From positions 128,404 through 192,403 of the forward strand of contig JAGRNT010000005.1 in assembly GCA_020440605.1 (NCBI GenBank): DNA of 64,000 nt, given 5' to 3'. The position numbers were made by a program, and so were the translations under genes. Under the pieces are notes generated by a model. It was not told the origin of the DNA and did no database searches. It saw only the letters and a list, made by a program, of their open reading frames with translations. Of the stretch, positions 17,335 through 25,593 are shown in pieces; position 1 is the first letter of the stretch; the number at the start of each line of letters is the position of its first letter. The DNA comes from a bacterium. GTDB lineage: Bacteria; 4484-113; JAFGCY01.

Positions 17335-17583
17335 TCAGCCGGGCGCTTCCTCGCCGCCGAGGCTGCTCTTGATCTTGCTGAGCATGCGGTTGCGGCAGTC
17401 CTCGCTGACACTTTCCTGCGGCTCGCAGTTCTTGATCTTGCTCAGCAGCTTCTCGATCACCTGGCGTTCGCGGGCGCAGTCCCCGCACTTCTCGAGGTGG
17501 TCGCGTGTCGCCTCAAGCTCCGCCTCGCTGCTTTCGCCGTAGACGAAGTTGAATATCACATCCTGAATCTTCTTGCAGTCCAT
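17335..17583 (-). CDS. anti-sigma factor, zf-HC2 type
   Basis: MDCKKIQDVIFNFVYGESSEAELEATRDHLEKCGDCARE… is the canonical N-terminal pattern, with an HLxxCxxC zinc-finger motif. Lies directly downstream of the ECF sigma. Confidence 0.6.
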   Translation of the reverse strand: MDCKKIQDVIFNFVYGESSEAELEATRDHLEKCGDCARERQVIEKLLSKIKNCEPQESVSEDCRNRMLSKIKSSLGGEEAPG

Positions 17584-17687
17584 CTCAGTCGTCCTTGCAC
17601 CGGCGGGTGATGTTGCCAATTCCGGCTCCCCGCGGCTCTCCAGCCTGACCATCCAGTTCCGTCCGTTCCCGAAGCCCCTTCACGCGC

Positions 17688-18314
17688 TCAGTCCTCTTCA
17701 ACGCCCAGCCAGCGGCGGAGCTTGTTGACTGCATAGCGCATCCGCGAGAGCACCGTGCTCAGCGGACATTCGCAGATCTCTGCGATTTCCTCGAAGGTCA
17801 GTTCGTGGTAGATCTTGAGGATCACCACGGTACGCTGCTTTTCTGGCAACCTGTCTATCAGTACCTTGAGGGTTTCCGAAAAATTCTCACGCTCCAGCAC
17901 GTTTTCGGGCAGATCCCGGAAATCCTCGATGAAATCCTGCCGCTCACTCTCGCTGCCCTCGTCACCGACGGGCGTGTTCAGCGAGAAGGTCTGCTTGGCA
18001 GCGCTCTTCTTCCAGTGGCGCTTGACTTCATTGAGGGCGATCTTGTAGACCCAGCTCGAGAACTTCTTCGAGGTGTCGAAGTTCTTCGAGCTCTTGAAGA
18101 CGCGCAGGAAGACTTCCTGCACAAGGTCCTCGATGTTCTCGCGCTCACTGACCTGCTTGCGGATGAAGTTGTAGATCTGCTTGTGGTAGCGGTCGAAGAT
18201 CTGGTCGAAGGCCGCGGCATCGCCGGCGGCGAGCTGCATCACCAGCTCCTCATCGCTGCCCGGCGCCGGGAGGCTCGCCACTTCAAGATTCCTGCTGTCT
18301 GCTGTGCTTTCCAT
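17688..18314 (-). CDS. RNA polymerase sigma-70 factor, ECF subfamily
   Basis: Region 2 (DLVQEVFLRVFKS…FSSWVYKIALNEVKRHW) and region 4 (LTFEEIAEICECPLSTVLSRMRYAVNKLRR) are both recognisable. Confidence 0.85.
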   Translation of the reverse strand: MESTADSRNLEVASLPAPGSDEELVMQLAAGDAAAFDQIFDRYHKQIYNFIRKQVSERENIEDLVQEVFLRVFKSSKNFDTSKKFSSWVYKIALNEVKRHWKKSAAKQTFSLNTPVGDEGSESERQDFIEDFRDLPENVLERENFSETLKVLIDRLPEKQRTVVILKIYHELTFEEIAEICECPLSTVLSRMRYAVNKLRRWLGVEED

Positions 18315-18328
18315 GTACCGCTTCCAGT

Positions 18329-18745
18329 CTACCCGCTGTCCCCGTTGTGCTGCAGCTCCACCAGTTCCGTGAGCACCCCGCTGGCACTCTTCGGGTGGAT
18401 GAAGAACACCCGGCCCTCGGCCCCCTGCTTCGGGGCCTCATTCAGGAGTGTCAGTCCGCCGCTGCCCAGCCGTGCATGGGCCTCGTCCACATCAGTGCTC
18501 GCGAAGCAGAGGTGGTGCAGGCCCTGGCCGCGCTTCTCGAGGAAACGCTGCACGCTGCCCGCCGGGTCCGTGGCCTCCAGCAGCTCGAGCTTGATGTTGC
18601 CCTGCAGCATCGCGATCCGCACACCCTCGGAAGGCACTTCGTGATACTCCACTTCGGACTGCGGATAGGACAGCAGCTCGCACCAGACCGGCACTGCGCT
18701 CTCCAGTGATTCCACCACGATTCCGATGTGATCCAGGCTGAACAT
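18329..18745 (-). CDS. methylmalonyl-CoA epimerase / VOC family protein
   Basis: LDHIGIVVESLESAV…GLHHLCF…GVLTELVE is typical of methylmalonyl-CoA epimerase. 138 aa. Confidence 0.65.
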   Translation of the reverse strand: MFSLDHIGIVVESLESAVPVWCELLSYPQSEVEYHEVPSEGVRIAMLQGNIKLELLEATDPAGSVQRFLEKRGQGLHHLCFASTDVDEAHARLGSGGLTLLNEAPKQGAEGRVFFIHPKSASGVLTELVELQHNGDSG

Positions 18746-18916
18746 GTTGCTTAGATTCTAATGCGTCCGCTGGGGACATCCCGGCTTGCTACCGGTCAAG
18801 CCCGGACTTTGTTTCATCATGCCCCCTGCAGCTGCGGCAGCCTGCTTCTCGCTTGCAGCCTGCTTCAGATTGATGCTGCAAATGCTTCATCAACGTTAAG
18901 GCTCATGCCGGCTTTG

Positions 18917-18946
18917 TTGATAACTTTGTTGATACAATGTTAATAT
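18917..18946 (+). promoter_or_regulatory. candidate promoter for the TPR/beta-barrel gene
   Basis: TTGATA-N17-TTAATA (or N18-TAATAT) in an AT-rich patch of the divergent intergenic region. Confidence 0.25.
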
Positions 18947-19045
18947 CCGCGGCATTCGGGCCAGGTGGGCTTATCCCCGCCGCCTGAGCGGAGAACACGC
19001 AAGGCAAAGAGGAACAGAGGAACGGCCGCATAGGCGGCCGAAGGC

Positions 19046-22000
19046 ATGACAATCAGCGGAGGATGGCGCATCTGGCTGCTGGCTGTGACCGTCTGCACGG
19101 TCATGGTCCTGCCTGCGCTCGCCCAGGAGGATGCCTTCAGCCGCGCCGATGCGGCCTATGCCCGCGGGGAGTGGGCGGTGGCCCGCCAGGAATACGAACG
19201 CATCGTTGAAATCTACCCCGGGACCGCCAGTGCCTGGCTGCGTCTGGCACGGATCCATACAGAGCTCGGCAACTGGAACGATGCGATCCTGATGTACGAA
19301 ACCCTCGACGGGCTGGGGCCGATGGACCGCGATACCCGCATGGCCTACGGCGATACCCTGCGCAGCGCAGGCCGGCTGGAGGAAGCGCTGGTCCAGTATG
19401 AGCTGGCGGTGCATGAGGCTCCCGTCGTGGATAGCGTGGATGCCGCCCTGTCCGCCGCCAAGGCCGCGCTGGAGCGCGGTGATCAGGATCAGGCGCTCTC
19501 CACCTATGAGCAGATCACACGCAACTGGCCCGGACATCCGACCGCCTGGCTCGGTCTGGCCCGGATCAGGGCCGCGCGCGCGGAATGGGATGCAGCCGTG
19601 GCGGCCTTCGTGAAGCTGGAGGAACTTGGTCCGCTGGGCCGCGAGATCCGCCTGGAATATGGCGACGCCCTGCGCGGTGCCGGCCGGCTGGAGGAGGGCG
19701 TGGCCCAGTACAACATGGCGGTGGGCCAGCCGATGTCGCCGGAATTCCAGCAGACCGCGCGCTACCTGCCGGATGCCGTGACCGTGCAGATCGTCGACGC
19801 CTCCCGGCTGGAGGAACAGGACAGCCGCCGCCCGCAGCATATGCTCGTGGTTCCCGGTGAGGAGCAGCGCAGTCTGGAGCAGGCCAGCCTCCGCCTGGAG
19901 GAACAGTCTCCGCAGAATGAAGTACCGCCTGCCGCGGATGCCCCGACGACTCAGCAGGATCCGCCGCCGCTGCAGGCGCAGCACACTGAGCGCGCGACTG
20001 ACAACTGGAAGGACTTCGATCCGGCCGCTGCCAGTTTCCGCAGTTCGCGGATCGAGGACCTGCCGGGCGAGGATGAACAGAGCATCATGGCGGCCCTGCT
20101 GCCGCCCGAGCCGCCGCTGCGTGAGGCTGGCAACACGGATGTGCCGTCCGATGAAGCGGACGGTGCCAACCGCCGTCTGCGCAATACCGCCGAGTTCTTC
20201 AAGGGTGCGGAAATCCATACCCTGCAGACCGCCGATGCCGATCCGGCCACGGCCGGGGGCAGCATGGACTGGCTGGCAACGGCCCGCGGGCATTTCGATG
20301 CCGAGCAGTGGCAGGACAGCGTGCTGGCCTTCGAGAACTACATCGAGCAGGTCGGTGACGACGCGCTTGAGCCGGAGATCCGTCTAGAGTACGCCCTGGC
20401 GCTGCTGGAGGCCGGCCAGAACGGACTGGCCGAGGAGAATATCTCGCTCGTGCTGCACCAGCAGCCGGACAGCACCGCGGGCCGGATCGCGCTTGCCAAG
20501 CTGCTCTCGCGCACAGGCGAGCTGAATGACTCGATGCTGCTGCTGGACCAGCTGCGCATGGACAGGAACAGCCAGACGGAAGTGCGTCTCGCGCGGATCT
20601 ACGGCTACTTTCACAATGACTACATCCAGGAAACCCTGATGGACCTCGGCGAGCTGATCGCCACCAACCCGGCCAATGCCGACATCAAGGAGCTCGTCGC
20701 CAGCGGCGCACCCTGGACTGAGGTCCGCCCGCTGCTGGAGGCCCGGCCCGGCAATGAGCGGATCATCGAGATGGCGGAGGTCGTCAAGGCCCGCCTGCTC
20801 TCGGAGATGGACGTGGGTGAGGCCGACATCGCCAGTGTGGCGATCCAGCTCTATGAAAGCGGGGAGTACGACGCTGCCAGGGAGGACTTCGAGGCCCGTG
20901 TGGCGGCGGATCCGGAGGACAGCCAGAGCTGGCGCGGGCTGGCGGTGCTGACAATGGTGGCCCGTGACAACGCGGCGAGCATCGCGGCCTGGGAGGCCTA
21001 TCTGGAGCTGCTGCCCGATGACACCGATGCGCGGCTGTACTACGCCCAGGTGCTGATGCGCTGCGACTGCAGCCGCGCGCTGTGCGAACTCTGGGGCCTG
21101 ATCGCGCTCGGTGAGCCGGAGAACGAGGCCGGGCGCAAGCTCTATGAATTCCAGCCGGGAGTGACAACGCTGCCGGAGGATGCCTGGGTCGATGCCGCGA
21201 CCTACGAGGATGCGCTGCTGAACTACGCCATCGCACTTTCGATCTGCGAGCGCGGCAAGGAATCGCTCTACTGGTTCCGCCAGGCGCTGTACTGGCAGCC
21301 TGACAACCCGGACTGGCAGAGCTACTACGCAGGTGCGCTGAACACGCTCGGGCGCTACGAGGAGGCGCTCGGGATCTACTGCAGCGTGCTGCGCAGCAAT
21401 CCGGGGCATGGTGCGGCGGTGCTGGGGCGGGGCTACACCCATGCTTCGATGGGCCGCTACCGCGATGCCTTCCGCGACTGGGACGGGATTCCGCTGGACA
21501 GCCAGTTCTACGTCCCGGGGCGGATTGCCAAGGCCTACGGCCTGCTCTGGAAGGGCCAGCGCAGCGAGGCGATGGCGATGGCCTGCTATGCGATGCGCGA
21601 GGATCCGGAGAGCTGCGAGGTCTGGGACCTGCTGCGCGCACTGAAGGACATCCCCGACCCGAGCATGGACCAGGCCTGGCGTCAGAGTCATGACAGCGAA
21701 GACAACGACCTGCGTGCCAACACCACGAGCATCAACATCCCGCTCGATGCCCGCGGTTCAGCGGCGAGCATCGTGCATGAGGAATTCCGGCTTGACAACA
21801 CGGAGCAGGGCCAGCTCAGCGACGGCACAGCCACGAGCCTCGGCTTCAGCCTGCCGCGCAATGACCGCGAGCGCTTCAGCGTGCTGGCCCGCTACCTCGA
21901 GATTGACAACGACACCGATCCCGGGACTGACAACTGGGACTGGTCGGCGGCCTACAGCCTGCGGATCAATGACCGGCGCAGCCTGCGCCTGGCCCGGGAC

Positions 22001-22552
22001 AGCCGGATGTTCTATGACACGCCGCAGCTGGCCCGCAGCGGGGTCGTGCTCGACGAATGGACGCTGAGCGCTGAAATGCCCTTCATGGGGGATGAGGACA
22101 CGCAGCTGATCGCCAGCCTGTTCAGCGGCAGCCTCAGCGATGGCAACAGCCGCATCGGCACGGACTGGCGCCTGCAGCGTGAGCACATGCACTGGGGCAT
22201 GGGCCGGCTGATCTACGGCCTGCACTTCGCCACGCTGGACTACTGCCAGGATCTGAGCAGCGGCTACTGGGACCCCAACAACTACCGCTTCGGTGAGGTC
22301 TACGCCGACTGGGTGGACATGAGCCGCAACGACTTCCTCTGGGATTTCGGCGTCGGCTACGGCTGGGATGACGCCGCCGACCGCTCGCCCTCCGACGTGC
22401 TGCGCTACAAGGTCGGGCTGCGGGCGCGGCTGTTCCACGACCGGCTGACGATGCGTGCCGGTTACAGCAACAGCGAGCTGGCGACGATCGTCAGCGACGG
22501 GCCGGGCTACCGCTTCGCGCAGTGGAGTCTCTCCGGCCAGGTGAAGTTCTGA
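19046..22552 (+). CDS. TPR-repeat protein with C-terminal outer-membrane beta-barrel (BcsC/PgaA/PelB-like polysaccharide export scaffold and porin)
   Basis: Signal peptide MTISGGWRIWLLAVTVCTVMVLPALAQED. Many TPR-like repeats. The C-terminal about 300 aa have an alternating hydrophobic pattern and end in …WSLSGQVKF (aromatic terminus). Confidence 0.7.
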   Translation: MTISGGWRIWLLAVTVCTVMVLPALAQEDAFSRADAAYARGEWAVARQEYERIVEIYPGTASAWLRLARIHTELGNWNDAILMYETLDGLGPMDRDTRMAYGDTLRSAGRLEEALVQYELAVHEAPVVDSVDAALSAAKAALERGDQDQALSTYEQITRNWPGHPTAWLGLARIRAARAEWDAAVAAFVKLEELGPLGREIRLEYGDALRGAGRLEEGVAQYNMAVGQPMSPEFQQTARYLPDAVTVQIVDASRLEEQDSRRPQHMLVVPGEEQRSLEQASLRLEEQSPQNEVPPAADAPTTQQDPPPLQAQHTERATDNWKDFDPAAASFRSSRIEDLPGEDEQSIMAALLPPEPPLREAGNTDVPSDEADGANRRLRNTAEFFKGAEIHTLQTADADPATAGGSMDWLATARGHFDAEQWQDSVLAFENYIEQVGDDALEPEIRLEYALALLEAGQNGLAEENISLVLHQQPDSTAGRIALAKLLSRTGELNDSMLLLDQLRMDRNSQTEVRLARIYGYFHNDYIQETLMDLGELIATNPANADIKELVASGAPWTEVRPLLEARPGNERIIEMAEVVKARLLSEMDVGEADIASVAIQLYESGEYDAAREDFEARVAADPEDSQSWRGLAVLTMVARDNAASIAAWEAYLELLPDDTDARLYYAQVLMRCDCSRALCELWGLIALGEPENEAGRKLYEFQPGVTTLPEDAWVDAATYEDALLNYAIALSICERGKESLYWFRQALYWQPDNPDWQSYYAGALNTLGRYEEALGIYCSVLRSNPGHGAAVLGRGYTHASMGRYRDAFRDWDGIPLDSQFYVPGRIAKAYGLLWKGQRSEAMAMACYAMREDPESCEVWDLLRALKDIPDPSMDQAWRQSHDSEDNDLRANTTSINIPLDARGSAASIVHEEFRLDNTEQGQLSDGTATSLGFSLPRNDRERFSVLARYLEIDNDTDPGTDNWDWSAAYSLRINDRRSLRLARDSRMFYDTPQLARSGVVLDEWTLSAEMPFMGDEDTQLIASLFSGSLSDGNSRIGTDWRLQREHMHWGMGRLIYGLHFATLDYCQDLSSGYWDPNNYRFGEVYADWVDMSRNDFLWDFGVGYGWDDAADRSPSDVLRYKVGLRARLFHDRLTMRAGYSNSELATIVSDGPGYRFAQWSLSGQVKF

Positions 22553-22628
22553 ACCCACCCCGCTTTACCCCGATTTAACCGGATTGCCAATCCTCCCTTC
22601 CCCCGGCTGCCAACAGCGCTGCGCCTGA

Positions 22629-22657
22629 TTGACAGCACCCCGCTGGCGGGCTACACT
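22629..22657 (+). promoter_or_regulatory. candidate sigma70-type promoter for the MBOAT gene
   Basis: TTGACA (22629-22634), 17-nt spacer, TACACT (22652-22657). Confidence 0.4.
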
Positions 22658-22718
22658 GGTGCCCGTCCAGCCGGGACATGTGGAGAATGGCAGCGCCCTC
22701 AGGCGGCCTGCCCCCGCC

Positions 22719-24125
22719 ATGCAGTTCCAGACCCTGATCTTCGCCGTGTTCTTCGTGCTCGTGCTCAGCGCGAACTGGCTGCTGCGCCGCCGGGACATGC
22801 CGCGCAAGATCCTGCTCGTGCTGGCCAGCTACTACTTCTACGGGGCCTTCAACTTCTTCCTGCTGGCGGTGCTCGGCAGCTCCTCGCTCCTCAACTACCT
22901 CTGCGGCGAGGGTATCCACCGCGCCCGTGAGGCCGGCAACAAGGCTCTGCAGCGCACCTGGTTCATGGCCGGGATCTGGCTGAACCTGCTGGCACTCGGG
23001 ATGTTCAAGTACTACGGCTTCTTCCAGGCCAGCCTCGAGGACCTGCTGGGCCGCTTCAACATGAGTTCGCACCTGCCGATCCTCGAGATCATGCTGCCGG
23101 TCGGGCTGTCCTTCTACACCTTCCAGGGCCTGAGCTACATCATGGACCTGAACCGCGGCAAGGGCCTGCGCGCCAGGACGGTGGTGGACTTCCTGCTCTA
23201 CATCTCCTTCTTCCCGCAGCTGCTCTCCGGCCCGATCTGCCGCCCGAAGGAACTGCTGCCGCAGCTGCATGAGGGCCTGCCTGAAAGCATCCCGGAACCC
23301 GGCCGCGCGGTCTCCCTGATCCTCTCCGGCCTGTTCAAGAACGTGGTGCTCAGCCATTACCTCTACATGCACATCGTCGGCAATGTCTTCAACGACCCCT
23401 CCGACTACTCCGCGCCCACGCTCTGGGTGGCGATGTTCGCCTATGCGCTCTACATCTACGTGGACTTCAGCGGCTACACCGATCTCGCCGTGGGTCTCTC
23501 GCTGCTGATGGGAATCCGCATCCCGCACAACTTCAACCATCCCTACCTGGCAACGGATGTCTCGAACTTCTGGGGCCGCTGGCACATCACGCTTTCGCGC
23601 TGGATCAATGACTACCTGTTCGTGGCGCTGGGCGGGCGTGACATCAACAGGCGCTGGAGCGCGCTGTTCTGGGCCTGGGTGCTGGCCGGGCTCTGGCACG
23701 GCGCGGCCTGGACCTACATCCTCTGGGGCACATACTTCGCCCTGGCTCTGCTGCTGCACCACTATCTGAGGAGCGGCATCAAGAAGAAATGGAAGGGCGG
23801 CGTGGCCGGCCAGCTCGGGACCTTCCTCGTGGTCTGCTTCGGCTGGCTGATCTTCGCCTCGCCGGACCTCGAAAGCCTCTGGGCCTACCTGACGGGGATG
23901 TGGCGCTTCGGTGCACCGGGCGAGGGCTTCGAGGCCTTCGTGCTCGTGGTGCTGGCCCTCGGCGCCGTGATGCACATCTTCGGCGAGCGGCTGCGCAGTG
24001 GCTTCATCCGGGTGCATGATGCGATGCCGCTGGCGCTGCGGCCGGTGGCCTGGCTGGCGATCGGGCTCGTGATCCTCGCGCTCAAGCCCAGCGGCATGTC
24101 GCCAAATCTCTACTTCGGATTCTGA
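22719..24125 (+). CDS. MBOAT family O-acyltransferase (AlgI/DltB/PatA/WssH-like)
   Basis: Polytopic membrane protein with the MBOAT His motif GRWHITLSRWINDYLF. Probable start MQFQTLIFAVFF at 22719; the track ORF begins 90 nt earlier. Confidence 0.85.
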   Translation: MQFQTLIFAVFFVLVLSANWLLRRRDMPRKILLVLASYYFYGAFNFFLLAVLGSSSLLNYLCGEGIHRAREAGNKALQRTWFMAGIWLNLLALGMFKYYGFFQASLEDLLGRFNMSSHLPILEIMLPVGLSFYTFQGLSYIMDLNRGKGLRARTVVDFLLYISFFPQLLSGPICRPKELLPQLHEGLPESIPEPGRAVSLILSGLFKNVVLSHYLYMHIVGNVFNDPSDYSAPTLWVAMFAYALYIYVDFSGYTDLAVGLSLLMGIRIPHNFNHPYLATDVSNFWGRWHITLSRWINDYLFVALGGRDINRRWSALFWAWVLAGLWHGAAWTYILWGTYFALALLLHHYLRSGIKKKWKGGVAGQLGTFLVVCFGWLIFASPDLESLWAYLTGMWRFGAPGEGFEAFVLVVLALGAVMHIFGERLRSGFIRVHDAMPLALRPVAWLAIGLVILALKPSGMSPNLYFGF

Positions 24126-24126
24126 G

Positions 24127-24441
24127 ATGGACGAACATACACAGACTGACAGTTCGACGGAGGAGCAGCAGGGGCGGATGAGCCCGGTCTTCCTGATCGT
24201 GAGCAGCTGGCTGATCCTCGGCCTGCTGATCCTGCTGTTCGGCTATGACATCAATTACTGGGCCTTCGGCTCCGACAACGACTTCATGCAGGAGCAAGTC
24301 GTGCCCCGGACCCAGAAGCTCAGCGGCTTCTGCGTCGACAGCGGGATCCGTGGAGCGCGCACGGCGGTGGAGGATAAGGTGCATCCGCTATATGACGATT
24401 CCCCGCTCTGGGCTGAGATCGAGGAAGCGGATGAGGAGTAG
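24127..24441 (+). CDS. small membrane protein coupled to the MBOAT gene
   Basis: ATG overlaps the MBOAT stop (TGAGATG). One TM helix (VFLIVSSWLILGLLILLFGY) and an acidic C-terminus. Confidence 0.45.
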   Translation: MDEHTQTDSSTEEQQGRMSPVFLIVSSWLILGLLILLFGYDINYWAFGSDNDFMQEQVVPRTQKLSGFCVDSGIRGARTAVEDKVHPLYDDSPLWAEIEEADEE

Positions 24442-24563
24442 TTTTGCATCGGACAGGCGCGATCCGATACTGAACAGCAGCTCAGCGCTGTCGTCAGAAG
24501 CGCGGTAATCAAGCAAGCGGGAGTCGGCCGGGCGGTGATCCCTCCCCGGCTATAATCAGCAAC

Positions 24564-25283
24564 ATGTCAATCAAGCGAATCAGAATCACGGCAATGGCAA
24601 TCCTGGCTGCGGCCTTCATGCTTGCCAACCTGGGCACGGCGCGCGCCGAGAGCACCACGATCCTCGTGGTCGGCGCTTCCTCGATCGAGGGCACGCTGGG
24701 CAAGGAGCTGGAGGACCGGCTCGAGGGCTACAAGGATGTCAGGATCGTGCGCTGGGGCCAGCATTCCACCGGGCTTGCCAACCCCGAGCTGCTGGACTGG
24801 CAGGCCAAGCTCGAGGAGCTCCTGAAGGCCCACAAGCCGGACCTGGTGCTGGCGGACCTCGGTGAGAACGACTGCGCCCCGGTCACGGATGCCAGCGGCC
24901 CGCTGGCCCGCTTCGGTACCCCGGAGTGGGAGAAGATCTACGGCGAGCGCGTGGAGAAGTTCGTGAGCACGGTGGTTGCCAGCGGCGCTGACAGCGTGAT
25001 GATGGGGATTCCCACGATGCGCGACCGCCAGTTCAGCCAGCAGGTGGAGCAGCTCAACAAGGTGCTGAAGGCCTCGACCGAGGCCGGCGGCGGATTCTAC
25101 CTCGACACCTGGGCCTTCACGGCCGATGCCAAGGGCCGCTACGTGCCGAACCTTGAGTACGAGGGCAAGGACCGCATGATCCGCGCCAGCGACGGCGTGC
25201 ACTTCAGCAAGCACGGCTCCGAGTACATGGCCTTCAAGGTCTGCGCGATCCTCGAGGACCGCTACGGACTGCAGTCCAAGTAG
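24564..25283 (+). CDS. SGNH/GDSL-like hydrolase-fold protein (AlgJ/AlgX/PatB-like acetyltransferase partner of MBOAT)
   Basis: Signal peptide. ILVVGASSIEG block (a GDS(L)-like motif with an Ala substitution) and LGENDC block II. TATAAT sits 8 nt upstream of the ATG. Confidence 0.6.
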   Translation: MSIKRIRITAMAILAAAFMLANLGTARAESTTILVVGASSIEGTLGKELEDRLEGYKDVRIVRWGQHSTGLANPELLDWQAKLEELLKAHKPDLVLADLGENDCAPVTDASGPLARFGTPEWEKIYGERVEKFVSTVVASGADSVMMGIPTMRDRQFSQQVEQLNKVLKASTEAGGGFYLDTWAFTADAKGRYVPNLEYEGKDRMIRASDGVHFSKHGSEYMAFKVCAILEDRYGLQSK

Positions 25284-25287
25284 CCCC

Positions 25288-25362
25288 GCAGTCCGCCGGA
25301 CTGCGTGATTTAAGCATTATTTAAGCGGGGATTGCCAGCGCAGTCCCCGCATTGTCATTTTC
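25288..25362 (+). terminator. candidate Rho-independent terminators (two hairpins)
   Basis: gcagtccgccggactgc (7-bp stem) followed by gtgattt. gcggggattgccagcgcagtccccgc followed by attgtcattttct. Confidence 0.4.
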
Positions 25363-25423
25363 TGCGGCTAGAATACGCAACTGTCGAGCCCGCTCATGGA
25401 TGGATCGACGGGAGATATCGGAA

Positions 25424-25528
25424 ATGCTGCGCAAGGCGTTGATTGTCATCGGGGTGATCGGAGTTGTCATCGGCGTGAACCTGCTGCTGTTCGGCCCCGT
25501 GTATGAGATGGTGAACGTGATTCAGTGA
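25424..25528 (+). CDS. possible 34-aa hydrophobic peptide
   Basis: GGAGA RBS 7 nt upstream of the ATG. MLRKALIVIGVIGVVIGVNLLLFGPVYEMVNVIQ is a single TM helix. Confidence 0.3.
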   Translation: MLRKALIVIGVIGVVIGVNLLLFGPVYEMVNVIQ

Positions 25529-25593
25529 GCCGCCCGGCTGCGGCCGTCTGAGCGAGCACGCCCGCCGGCGTTTCCAGAACTGGATGGTCCCCG

